Assembly: GCA_903843285.1 (NCBI GenBank)
Contig: CAIMPC010000039.1
Location: 44,886 to 108,885 of the forward strand
Direction: 5' to 3'
Length of the DNA: 64,000 nucleotides
Source: Candidatus Omnitrophota bacterium
GTDB lineage: Bacteria; Omnitrophota; Gorgyraeia; 2-01-FULL-45-10
The notes under the pieces are model-generated. The model worked only from the letters and a program-made list of their open reading frames with translations. It ran no database searches and was not told the DNA's origin. A program made the position numbers and the translations under genes. This document shows positions 39,090-48,323 of this stretch, piece by piece (position 1 is the first letter of the stretch; the number at the start of each line of letters is the position of its first letter).

Positions 39090-40187
39090 ATGAAAGTATT
39101 ACACGTCACAACTCACTTTAATGTGGGCGGCATAACCAAGTATATATTGAATTTGGCCAAGGCCGTACAAACCGAAGGCGTAGAGGTAATCGTTGCTTCA
39201 TCCGGAGGAGATTTGGAACCCGGGCTTAAGAAGTGCGGTATCAGGCATCTACAGCTTAATATCAAAACGAAATTTGAATTTGGGCCTAAAGCCATAATCT
39301 CCGGTTTTAAAATAGCAGGCATAATAAAGAATGAGAAGATAGATCTTTTGCACGCGCACACACGAGTTTCACAGGTCGCCTCGGCCATAGCATCGGCGAT
39401 TACCGGCGTGCCGGTCGTGACCACGTGCCACGGTTATTTTAAGAAGAGATCGAGAGCCCTGGTGGATACGTGGGGTGTCAAGGTTATAGCAATAAGCGAT
39501 GCGGTGCGTATGCATTTAAGAGATGATCTTGGCGTGTCTGAGCCCAGAATAAAACTGATTTATAGCGGGGTCGACGCCGATAGGTTCTCGCGCGTATATT
39601 CCCGCGAAGAGATGCTTGCTCTTAAGAGGTCTATCGGCTTAAGGGATGGGCCGGTTATAGGAACGATCGGAAGGTTGTCGTCGATAAAAGGACAGAAATA
39701 TCTTATAATGGCGTTCAGGGAAGTTATGGCCGAAAGAGGTGATACCCAGTGCGTAATCGTGGGTAGCGGCCCGGAAGAGTCTGCGCTAAAAGATTTGGCC
39801 GGATCTATGGGCGTATACGACTCGGTAAAATTTATAGAATCATGCGATGATACACATAGGTATCTATCAATGATGGACGTCTTTGTATTTCCCTCGATAA
39901 AAGAGGGGCTGGGCATAGCGCTTTTAGAGGCGCTTGCCTCGGGCAGGGCTTGCGTTGCCTCACGTATAGGCGGCATCGAAGACATAATAACCGATGGCCG
40001 AAATGGTATACTGATAGATGTGGAAAATTCCCACGGCATAGCCGATGCAATTCTTCGGCTATTGGATGACGACGTGCTGCGCAAGAAGATTGGTGAAGAG
40101 GGCCGCGCCATGGTAAGGAGTAGATTTACATTAAATACAATGGCCGATAATATTACAAAATTGTATAGGGAGACAGCCGGGGAATGA
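39090..40187 (+). CDS. glycosyltransferase family 4
   Basis: GGI..Y, HAH, GRL...KG and EGLGIALLEALA.G. Confidence 0.9.
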   Translation: MKVLHVTTHFNVGGITKYILNLAKAVQTEGVEVIVASSGGDLEPGLKKCGIRHLQLNIKTKFEFGPKAIISGFKIAGIIKNEKIDLLHAHTRVSQVASAIASAITGVPVVTTCHGYFKKRSRALVDTWGVKVIAISDAVRMHLRDDLGVSEPRIKLIYSGVDADRFSRVYSREEMLALKRSIGLRDGPVIGTIGRLSSIKGQKYLIMAFREVMAERGDTQCVIVGSGPEESALKDLAGSMGVYDSVKFIESCDDTHRYLSMMDVFVFPSIKEGLGIALLEALASGRACVASRIGGIEDIITDGRNGILIDVENSHGIADAILRLLDDDVLRKKIGEEGRAMVRSRFTLNTMADNITKLYRETAGE

Positions 40188-40975
40188 AGAGATCGCGCAT
40201 AATATCGATCGCATCTATAGCCGTAATAGGCATAGTCGCGTTCGTATTTTTAAAAACAGCTTATGTAGCGCCTATATTGATGTACCATTCGGTGGATTAT
40301 AACGATAAGATCACAAAGCTTTCGATTAATCCTAAGGATTTTGCCTCGCAGATGGATTTTCTGCATAAGAATAAATATAACGTGGTGACCCTGGAAAATC
40401 TCGTCACCTACATTAAGGATAAGAAGGACATTCCTCCTAAGACGATCGCTATAACTTTCGATGACGGTTATTATAATAATTATGAATATGCTTACCCGAT
40501 CTTAAAAAAATATAATCTGCCGGCAACCATCTACATTATTGTTAGCAAAATAGGGGCCCCGGGCTATATGGGCTGGAAAGAGATAAAAGAGATCTCTGAC
40601 TCAGGCTTGATCACGATCGGAAGCCATACGATATCGCATAAGTGGCTGCCGGCTATGGGGACTATAAATCTTAAATCAGAGTTGGCGGATTCAAAGGCTA
40701 TCATAGAAAAGCAAATAGGCAAGCCGGTCAATACCCTGTGTTATCCCATCGGTGCTCATGATGACAGGGTTGAGCTCGCGGTGAAGTCAGCCGGGTATAC
40801 ATGCGCTGTCGCAACAAATCCAGGCAGATTTTCACCTATAGATGATCTGTATGCAATAAAACGCATAAAGATATCGCGTACGTCCAACAATCTATTCGTA
40901 TTCTGGTTTGAGATCAGCGGATATTATACTTTTATAAAGGAATGGAAGGGCCGCCATATCATGGAGATTGAGTAG
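40184..40975 (+). CDS. polysaccharide deacetylase (CE4), membrane-anchored
   Basis: PILMYH, ITFDDGY, GSHT.SH and YP.G; N-terminal TM segment. Confidence 0.9.
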   Translation: MKRSRIISIASIAVIGIVAFVFLKTAYVAPILMYHSVDYNDKITKLSINPKDFASQMDFLHKNKYNVVTLENLVTYIKDKKDIPPKTIAITFDDGYYNNYEYAYPILKKYNLPATIYIIVSKIGAPGYMGWKEIKEISDSGLITIGSHTISHKWLPAMGTINLKSELADSKAIIEKQIGKPVNTLCYPIGAHDDRVELAVKSAGYTCAVATNPGRFSPIDDLYAIKRIKISRTSNNLFVFWFEISGYYTFIKEWKGRHIMEIE

Positions 40976-41003
40976 CCTGATAATGGCATAACAGGTAGGG
41001 CAT

Positions 41004-42032
41004 ATGAATAAACGTATACTGATCGTGAATGTCAATTGGATAGGAGATGTTTTATTCTCGACGCCGTTCTTGCGGACTGTCAGGGAAGCGAATCCAAATG
41101 CATATATTGCATGCCTTTTACATCCGCGATGCAAAGAGATGTTAGAGGCCAATACCAGAATAGACGAGATAATATTATATGACGAAGAACTCGCGCATAA
41201 GAGCATCTTCGGAAAATGGAGGCTCATAAAAGAGCTGAAGCGTAAAAAATTTGATACAGCATATCTTCTTCACCGTTCATTTACGAAAGCCCTGATCGCG
41301 TGTTTGGCCGGCATAAAAGAGAGAGTGGGTTACCCGACGAAGAACAGGGCAGGCATATTAACTAAGGTGGTTGATGAGCCTTCGGAAGAACTGCACAAGG
41401 TAGAGTATTTTCTTAATATTGCCAGGGCTTGCGGCATGGAACCTAAGAGTGTCTCGTACGAATTCTTCGTCCGGGAAGAGGACAGAAAATTTATTACAAA
41501 GCTATTGCAGAAGGAAAGTATATCTGAAAAAGATACTGTGGTTGTGTTGTGTCCGGCCGGAAATTGGCCCCCCAAGAGATGGCCGGCAGAGAACTTCGCC
41601 AGGCTTGGTGATGAACTCGCGGAAAATTGCGGAGCGAAAATCGTGATCTCCGCAGCTGGAAATGATTTGAAGCTTGCTCAAGACATAAAGAGCGTTATGG
41701 CCTCAGTACCTGTGATCGCCGCGGGCAAGACTAATCTGAATCAATTGGGCGCTCTTCTGGAACGAGCGAACCTCGTAGTAGCCAATGATACGGGCCCCAT
41801 GCATGTGTCGGTAGCCGTGGGCGCCAGGACGATCGCACTGTTTGGGCCAACGTCCGCTCGTCTCACAGGCCCATACGGTGAAGGTGATTATAAAGTTATG
41901 TCGGGGAATGTATCGTGTGAAGTCCCGTGCTATGATATTACCTGTGCAGATAATTCATGCATGTCGGCGATAAGAGTTAAGGAAGTGATTAGGGAAGCGT
42001 TAAACATATTGGCAAAACATGATGATCGATAA
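41004..42032 (+). CDS. waaF: lipopolysaccharide heptosyltransferase (GT9, WaaF-like)
   Basis: NWIGDVL..TP, KRWP and NDTGPMH...A.G..TIALFGPT. Confidence 0.8.
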   Translation: MNKRILIVNVNWIGDVLFSTPFLRTVREANPNAYIACLLHPRCKEMLEANTRIDEIILYDEELAHKSIFGKWRLIKELKRKKFDTAYLLHRSFTKALIACLAGIKERVGYPTKNRAGILTKVVDEPSEELHKVEYFLNIARACGMEPKSVSYEFFVREEDRKFITKLLQKESISEKDTVVVLCPAGNWPPKRWPAENFARLGDELAENCGAKIVISAAGNDLKLAQDIKSVMASVPVIAAGKTNLNQLGALLERANLVVANDTGPMHVSVAVGARTIALFGPTSARLTGPYGEGDYKVMSGNVSCEVPCYDITCADNSCMSAIRVKEVIREALNILAKHDDR

Positions 42033-42996
42033 TAGCGCGATAAAGCGCATGCTCGTGATAACTCTAAGTAACCTGGGTGACATCATACTCACTACCCCGG
42101 TAATCGCTACGCTAAAGCGAGAGTTTCCGATGGCAAGGATAGACGTCCTGGTTGGGCCTGCGGGCAGAGAAGTGTTCGAAAAAGACCATAATATATTTAA
42201 AATTATCATCTACGATAAACATATGCCGATCGCCGGCAAGCGTCGTCTGCAATTGAAGTTAAAAAAGCTCAAATATGATTTGGTCGTAGATCTTAAGAAT
42301 ACGCTATTCGGTCTATTAATAGGACCAAAATATAGGACCTCAACGATACAAAGCTTTCCGGTGGATGTTATTCACAGTATCGATAGACACCTTCACAGGT
42401 TGAAATCTCTCGGTATAATGAACGTTGAGAGGCAGTCATATATACATATAACTCCCGAAGACGAGGCGCAGATAGCGCACCTTCTAAAGATGCATGGGGT
42501 ACGCGATAGGTTTATAGTTATAAATGCCGGGGCCAAGAGCCATCTGAAACGCTGGACACCCGAAGGATTTGCGGCTGTAGCCGACAGACTTGCCGGTGAA
42601 TGCAAGGCAGATATAGTCTTCATTGGCGCCAAAGAGGACGAACCCATAGTTTCCGAAGTAATAAGGAAGATGAAGCATACGCCGCATAATTTCACAAATA
42701 AAACAAATGTTAGGCAGCTCGGCAACCTATTAAAACGAGCAAAGCTTCTTATAACAAATGACAGTGCTCCTCTGCATCTCGGCTGCGCTGTAGGCGCTAA
42801 AGTGCTCGCAATATTCGGTCCGACGAATCCTAAAAAATACGGCCCTATAGGTGAATTCGATCTGGTTGTTAATAAGAGATTATCCTGTTCGCCGTGCGAG
42901 ACAGCTGTCTGTAGATTTAACTACGAATGCATGTCACTGATCACGGCAGATGATGTCTTTGAATCAGCCAAGATAATGGTAGAGGGATATGAGTAA
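42019..42996 (+). CDS. glycosyltransferase family 9
   Basis: SNLGD..LT.P, KRW and NDSAPLH.....G......FGPT. Confidence 0.88.
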   Translation: MMIDNSAIKRMLVITLSNLGDIILTTPVIATLKREFPMARIDVLVGPAGREVFEKDHNIFKIIIYDKHMPIAGKRRLQLKLKKLKYDLVVDLKNTLFGLLIGPKYRTSTIQSFPVDVIHSIDRHLHRLKSLGIMNVERQSYIHITPEDEAQIAHLLKMHGVRDRFIVINAGAKSHLKRWTPEGFAAVADRLAGECKADIVFIGAKEDEPIVSEVIRKMKHTPHNFTNKTNVRQLGNLLKRAKLLITNDSAPLHLGCAVGAKVLAIFGPTNPKKYGPIGEFDLVVNKRLSCSPCETAVCRFNYECMSLITADDVFESAKIMVEGYE

Positions 42997-44017
42997 AAAA
43001 ATTCTTATAGTAAGATTGGACAGGATGGGGGATGTGGTGCTCTCGACGCCGGTCATAAAGGCCATTAGGGGCGCCTATCCCGAAAGTCATATAGCCATGA
43101 TGGTTCGTACGTATTCGCGCGACATTGTTGAAGGCAATCCGTACCTGAGCGAAGTGATAATATACGATAAGAATGGCACTCACAAAGGCCTGATAGGAAA
43201 TTTAAGATTTATTCGGGAATTGAGAAATAAAAAGTTCGATACCGTGGTAGTGCTCCATCCGACTAACCGAACTCACTTAATACTTAGGCTCTCAGGGATT
43301 CCCGATAGGATTGGTTATGATAAGAAGCTAGGATTTCTATTGACCAAAAAGATACCGCATACAAAGCAGTTCGGAATGAAACACGAGATCGCTTACAACC
43401 TGGACGTTTTAAAATATATAGGCATTGAGCCTAAAGATAGTAAGTTATATATGCCGGTCAACAGTATCTCGGAACGCAAGATAACGAAATTATTAACGGC
43501 GAACGGTGTGAATAATTCAGATCTTCTCGTAGCTATAAATCCCGGAGCAAGCTGTGCATCTAAACGGTGGGGTATAGAAAAATTTGCGAAAGCAGCGAAT
43601 GGTCTGGTCGAGAAATACGGCGCTAAAATAATTATCATATCCGGAGATGTCGATAAGCATTTCGGTGACGGTCTGGCTTTATTGATTAAAAATAATTGCA
43701 TTAACCTGTCGGGAAAGACCAGCATAGCTGATACTGCTAGCGTGCTGAGACGTGTTAAACTGTTTATATCAAACGACTCAGGACCTGTTCATGTAAGCTG
43801 TGCTATAGGCACGCCGGTAATAGCGATATTTGGGCGTGGCGATCGGGGGTTATCGCCTAAGAGGTGGGGTCCCAGCGGGAGGAGCGATATCGTATTGCAT
43901 AAGGATGCCGGATGCGATATATGCTATGCGCATAACTGCCGAACCGGATTCAAATGTCTCGATTCTATCACGCCGCAGGAAGTCCTGGATGCAGCGGATC
44001 AGATATTGGGTAAGTAG
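42989..44017 (+). CDS. glycosyltransferase family 9
   Basis: DRMGDV.LSTP, PGAS...KRW and NDSGPVH.....G.P..AIFG. Confidence 0.88.
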   Translation: MSKKILIVRLDRMGDVVLSTPVIKAIRGAYPESHIAMMVRTYSRDIVEGNPYLSEVIIYDKNGTHKGLIGNLRFIRELRNKKFDTVVVLHPTNRTHLILRLSGIPDRIGYDKKLGFLLTKKIPHTKQFGMKHEIAYNLDVLKYIGIEPKDSKLYMPVNSISERKITKLLTANGVNNSDLLVAINPGASCASKRWGIEKFAKAANGLVEKYGAKIIIISGDVDKHFGDGLALLIKNNCINLSGKTSIADTASVLRRVKLFISNDSGPVHVSCAIGTPVIAIFGRGDRGLSPKRWGPSGRSDIVLHKDAGCDICYAHNCRTGFKCLDSITPQEVLDAADQILGK

Positions 44018-44046
44018 ATATTGAGACGGCAGTGAACGCCCATCAG

Positions 44047-44200
44047 GCGACGGAACTTCCTATGCCGCCTGAAACGACTGTCATAAAATTTCGATACCTA
44101 TTGGCGGTGCAGGTTTTACCATCGAAAGTTTATCACAGCGAGCGAGGAAGCCGATTCCGAGCGAGCGACAAGTGGAAGGCGGCATAGGAAGTTCCGTCGC
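44047..44200 (-). repeat. family B structured element in inverted orientation
   Basis: Reverse complement aligns with 28320-28423; perfect 24-bp IR GCGACGGAACTTCCTATGCCGCCT (44047-44070) / 44177-44200. Confidence 0.85.
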
Positions 44201-44268
44201 TATAGACCAGTATGAAAAATGACGGTGTCGTGTTAGCGTATAATAGTTTAAAGAGATGAGGTGAGCGA

Positions 44269-45342
44269 GTGAAGATAGGAATGATAGGGCTACCGCAGGT
44301 GGGCAAGAAGACATTATTTGAGCTAATAACGCGACATAAGCCTACTGAAGCTGAAGTAGCATCGGGGCGTCCGATAAAGGGCGTAGCCGATATTCTGGAC
44401 GGGCGTTTCGATAAGCTCATCTCGATATATAAGCCGCAGAAGAATGTGCGCGCAAGAATAGATATCGAGTTAATACCCAAGCTCGAAAAAGATTCGATCG
44501 CCAAAGGAGATATATTTAAGGATATTAATGAGCTCGATGCCATATGCCATGTCGTAAGAGCCTTTAGCGATGAATCCGTGTATCATGTCGACGGTTCGAT
44601 TGACCCGAAGCGCGATATAGGTTTCGTTAATTCGGAGCTCATACTGCACGACCTTATCTTTATTGAGAAGAGGGTGGAGAGGTTAGATAAAACGATAAAG
44701 CAGACTAAGGAAGAAGCGGCGGTCAAAGAGAGGGAGGTCCTCGGAAAATTGAAGAGTCATCTCGAAAAGGATCTGCCGCTTCGTACTTTAGATCTGACGA
44801 GCGATGATAAAAAGCTTATATCGAGTTACCCGTTCATATCGCGTAAGGATATGTTCATAGTTCTGAATGTCTCTGAATCTGCGCTGAAAGATACGAAATT
44901 ACAGGTCGAGCTTACCAGTGAGCTTAAACCGATTAAGATAGATGTAATGCAGGTCTCGGCTAAAGTAGAGGAAGAGATAACAGCGCTCGATTCCGAGGCG
45001 GAGAGATTAGAGTTTATGCAGTCTCTGGGCATAAACGAGCCTGCCATCAACCTTATGACACAGTTGTGCTTAAGAACGCTGAATCTCATCTCATTCTTTA
45101 CCGTAGGCCCCGACGAGGTCCGGCAATGGAATACCAAGAAAAGTTCCACGGCACCTGAAGCGGCAGGGGCTATTCACACAGATCTTCAGAGGGGATTTAT
45201 AAGGGCCGAGGTGATGAAGTATGATGATCTCATAAACCTGGGATCCGAGGAACAGGTCAAATCCTCCGGTAAATATTATCTTAAGGGCAAGGATTATACG
45301 GTCGAAGACGGCGATATACTGACCATCAGATTTAATGTGTAA
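44269..45342 (+). CDS. ychF: YchF/OLA1 family ribosome-binding ATPase
   Basis: GLPQVGK, HVVRAF, SFFTVG.DEVR.W, AAG.IHTD..RGFIRAEV and GKDY.V.DGD....RFNV. Confidence 0.92.
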   Translation: MKIGMIGLPQVGKKTLFELITRHKPTEAEVASGRPIKGVADILDGRFDKLISIYKPQKNVRARIDIELIPKLEKDSIAKGDIFKDINELDAICHVVRAFSDESVYHVDGSIDPKRDIGFVNSELILHDLIFIEKRVERLDKTIKQTKEEAAVKEREVLGKLKSHLEKDLPLRTLDLTSDDKKLISSYPFISRKDMFIVLNVSESALKDTKLQVELTSELKPIKIDVMQVSAKVEEEITALDSEAERLEFMQSLGINEPAINLMTQLCLRTLNLISFFTVGPDEVRQWNTKKSSTAPEAAGAIHTDLQRGFIRAEVMKYDDLINLGSEEQVKSSGKYYLKGKDYTVEDGDILTIRFNV

Positions 45343-45397
45343 TGGTACATATATAACCTGGTTAGATATGTCAATACCGCGCTCATGTCTCCATGCT

Positions 45398-45482
45398 GTC
45401 ATGCTGAGCGAAGCGAAGCATCTGCTTTTATTTATTGCCGTCGTAACCAGATCCTTCGGCCATTTCATGGTCTCAGGATGAC
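45398..45482. repeat. family A-related core palindrome
   Basis: GTCATGCTGAGCGAAGCGAAGCATCT...AGATCCTTCG...CTCAGGATGAC. Confidence 0.75.
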
Positions 45483-45516
45483 GCTACTTTTATCGGACAG
45501 GCATGGCATCTAACGA

Positions 45517-45546
45517 TTGACCTTATAATCATTTATGTGATAAAAT
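45517..45546 (+). promoter_or_regulatory. sigma70 promoter candidate
   Basis: TTGACC (45517-45522), 18 nt, TGn-TAAAAT (45541-45546). Confidence 0.55.
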
Positions 45547-45569
45547 AGCGCGAGTTCGAAAGGAAGAGT

Positions 45570-46517
45570 ATGTCAGACAATCCACGACCGAAGATAGACC
45601 TTAGTAAGATCAAAACCATTCCCCTTAATGTCCGTAAATGTAAGGTCTCCATAAGCGATTTCGCAAAGACTGCCAAAAAAGGCGAAAGCTTTAAGACATT
45701 CTACGATTCGCTTCCTCGGATACTTGTTGCCCAAAATCTTAAGGCACTAGTAAGAGATGTAGCCGCCGCCTATAAAAAAAATAAGATGATCATAATAATG
45801 ATGGGTGCACACGTGATAAAGTGCGGCGTTTCACCGCTTATTATTGATCTGATGAAGCGGGGTGTCGTAAAGGCTGTTGCGCTTAACGGCGCGGGAGTTA
45901 TACACGATACCGAAATAGCTATGATAGGGCGCACCAGCGAGGATGTTGGTGAAGGCATCCTCGATGGGTCATTTGGTATGGCTAAGGAGACGGCGAGCTT
46001 TATTAATCAGGCCATAAACTCTGGATTCAATGAAGGTATCGGTATTGGTGAGGCCGTCGGCGCAAACATAGTTAAGTCGAAGCTTCCACACAGAAATCTT
46101 AGTATACTCGCGAATGCGTACGAACTAAACCTATCCGTTACCGCGCACGTGGCAATAGGAACCGATATTATACATCAGCATCCGTCGGCCAGCGGTGTCG
46201 CTATAGGGGAGGGCTCGCTTATAGATTTCAGAAATTTCATATACAGCGTTTCGCAGCTGGAGGCCGGGGTTCTGATAAACCTGGGGTCGGCCGTAATACT
46301 TCCCGAGGTATTCCTGAAGGCTATTACAGTGGCGCGTAATCTGGGCAACAAAGTAGATACTCTTACGACCGCCAATTTTGACATGATAAGCCAGTACAGG
46401 CCATATCAAAATATATTATGCCGTCCGACTTCTAAGGGCGGCAAGGGTTACAATATAATAGGTCATCACGAGATCATGATACCATTATTGTACCGATCGA
46501 TAATAGAGAGTATATGA
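45570..46517 (+). CDS. conserved hypothetical protein, deoxyhypusine-synthase-like fold
   Basis: GAHVIK.G, NGAG.IHD.E.A..G.TSEDV, G.FGMA.ET, GSAVILPEVFLKA and GHHEIMIPLL motifs; family assignment from memory. Confidence 0.7.
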   Translation: MSDNPRPKIDLSKIKTIPLNVRKCKVSISDFAKTAKKGESFKTFYDSLPRILVAQNLKALVRDVAAAYKKNKMIIIMMGAHVIKCGVSPLIIDLMKRGVVKAVALNGAGVIHDTEIAMIGRTSEDVGEGILDGSFGMAKETASFINQAINSGFNEGIGIGEAVGANIVKSKLPHRNLSILANAYELNLSVTAHVAIGTDIIHQHPSASGVAIGEGSLIDFRNFIYSVSQLEAGVLINLGSAVILPEVFLKAITVARNLGNKVDTLTTANFDMISQYRPYQNILCRPTSKGGKGYNIIGHHEIMIPLLYRSIIESI

Positions 46518-46518
46518 G

Positions 46519-47514
46519 ATGAAGGTAAAAAATTTTAGCTATTATAGGAATACCATCACGAATTTTAAGAAGGCCAAAGTGCTCGTGATTGGAGATCTGA
46601 TGCTCGATGAATTCATATGGGGAGAGGTCACCAGAATATCTCCGGAAGCGCCTGTGCCGGTAGTATGGGTGAAGAAAGAGAGTTTTATGCCGGGAGGTGC
46701 CTCGAACGTTGCCAATAATCTGAGGAGCCTGGGAGCCGACGTGCATCTGGTCGGAGTGATTGGTAAAGATGAGCACGGGGCGATCTTAAAAGGCGAACTC
46801 GAACAGAAGGGGATCCGGACGGCAGGTATAATAACGGATGAATCCAGGCCCACAATATTAAAGACCCGAGTGGTAGCACACCATCAGCAGGTTGTAAGGA
46901 TAGATAAAGAAAAAAAAGATCCGCTCAAAGACGTGATCTTAGAGCGTATGATTGCCTACATAGAAAGCATAATAAAGGGCATGGACGCTGTCATAATAGA
47001 GGATTATGCAAAAGGCGTGATAACGCCGATGCTGCTTAAAAAGGTAGTGCCGATGGCCAAGCGTAATAATAAGATAATATCCGTCGATCCTAAGGAAGAG
47101 CATTTCGCATACTATAAAGGTATCACCGTGATAACTCCGAATAATCATGAAGCTGCCAGAGCGGTAGGGTTTGAAATAAATGATGATGTGACCTTAAGAA
47201 AAGCCGGTGAAAAATTGCTTTCGAAGCTTAATTGTAAAATAGGACTCATAACGCTCGGTGAAAACGGTATGGCAGTATTTCAAAAGAATAAGCCTATGGA
47301 ACAAATACCTACCGTGGCTCAGGAGGTGTTTGATGTATCCGGTGCCGGAGATACGGTGATAGCGAGCTACACCCTGTCGCTTGCATCCGGAGCAGACCCT
47401 ATAACTTCAGCGCATATATCTAACTGCGCGGCCGGCATAGTGGTGGGAAAGGTCGGGATAGCGGTCGTTTCGCCCGATGAACTGCTTGCAAGGATCAAGA
47501 AGGAATTATTTTAA
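46519..47514 (+). CDS. rfaE1: D-glycero-beta-D-manno-heptose-7-phosphate kinase (RfaE domain I/HldA)
   Basis: GDLMLDE, RISPEAPVPVV, GGA.NVA.NL, DY.KG, TPN..EA and DVSGAGDT. Confidence 0.94.
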   Translation: MKVKNFSYYRNTITNFKKAKVLVIGDLMLDEFIWGEVTRISPEAPVPVVWVKKESFMPGGASNVANNLRSLGADVHLVGVIGKDEHGAILKGELEQKGIRTAGIITDESRPTILKTRVVAHHQQVVRIDKEKKDPLKDVILERMIAYIESIIKGMDAVIIEDYAKGVITPMLLKKVVPMAKRNNKIISVDPKEEHFAYYKGITVITPNNHEAARAVGFEINDDVTLRKAGEKLLSKLNCKIGLITLGENGMAVFQKNKPMEQIPTVAQEVFDVSGAGDTVIASYTLSLASGADPITSAHISNCAAGIVVGKVGIAVVSPDELLARIKKELF

Positions 47515-47561
47515 TCAGATACGTTGGCATATTAAAGTAAAATTTGAGGGGGTATTATTAA

Positions 47562-48323
47562 GTGAAGGCTATAGGAGTTATACCGGCGCGTTGGGGCGCA
47601 ACTAGGTTCGAGGGTAAGGTACTTGCTAATTTGTTAGGCAAGCCCGTTATTCAGCATGTATGGGAGAATGCTAAGAAGGCCAAGACATTGGATGACCTGG
47701 TGGTTGCATGCGATGACGAAAGGATACTTAAGGCCGTTGAGCGCTTTGGAGGAAAAGCGGTATACACTTCCCCAAACCAGCCTTCGGGTACGGACAGGCT
47801 CGCAGAGGTCGTCAATGCTATGAATATAGACATAGCCGTAAATATCCAGGGTGATGAGCCTCTGATGAAGCCGATAATGATAGACAATCTCGTTATGGCG
47901 CTCCAGGAAGAGAAGGTCGCCGGGATGGCGACGATCGTAAAGAAGATCGAGGATGATTCCGAGCTCACTAACTCAAACGTCGTTAAAGTCATAATCGATA
48001 AGAACGGATATGCGATATACTTTTCGCGATATGCGATACCTTATAACAGGACGAACGGGACGGACTCAAAGAAGAGGCCGACGTACTATAAGCATATAGG
48101 TCTTTATGCGTTTACTAAGGATTTTCTGTTCACGTTTAAGAAACTCCCTAATTCATCATTGGAGAATGCCGAGAAGTTGGAGCAATTAAGGGCTATTGAA
48201 TATGGCTATAAAATCAAAGTCGTTGAGACGAAGTTCGATACCGTGGGAGTCGATAGGCCCGAAGACCTAAAGAAAGCCGAAGCTCTGCTTCTGCGTGAAC
48301 AGGAAAACCAATCCAGTGACTAA
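47562..48323 (+). CDS. kdsB: 3-deoxy-manno-octulosonate cytidylyltransferase
   Basis: IPAR..ATRF.GK.L, SGTDR, NIQGDEP, YFSR..IP, KHIGLY and EKLEQLR. Confidence 0.96.
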   Translation: MKAIGVIPARWGATRFEGKVLANLLGKPVIQHVWENAKKAKTLDDLVVACDDERILKAVERFGGKAVYTSPNQPSGTDRLAEVVNAMNIDIAVNIQGDEPLMKPIMIDNLVMALQEEKVAGMATIVKKIEDDSELTNSNVVKVIIDKNGYAIYFSRYAIPYNRTNGTDSKKRPTYYKHIGLYAFTKDFLFTFKKLPNSSLENAEKLEQLRAIEYGYKIKVVETKFDTVGVDRPEDLKKAEALLLREQENQSSD

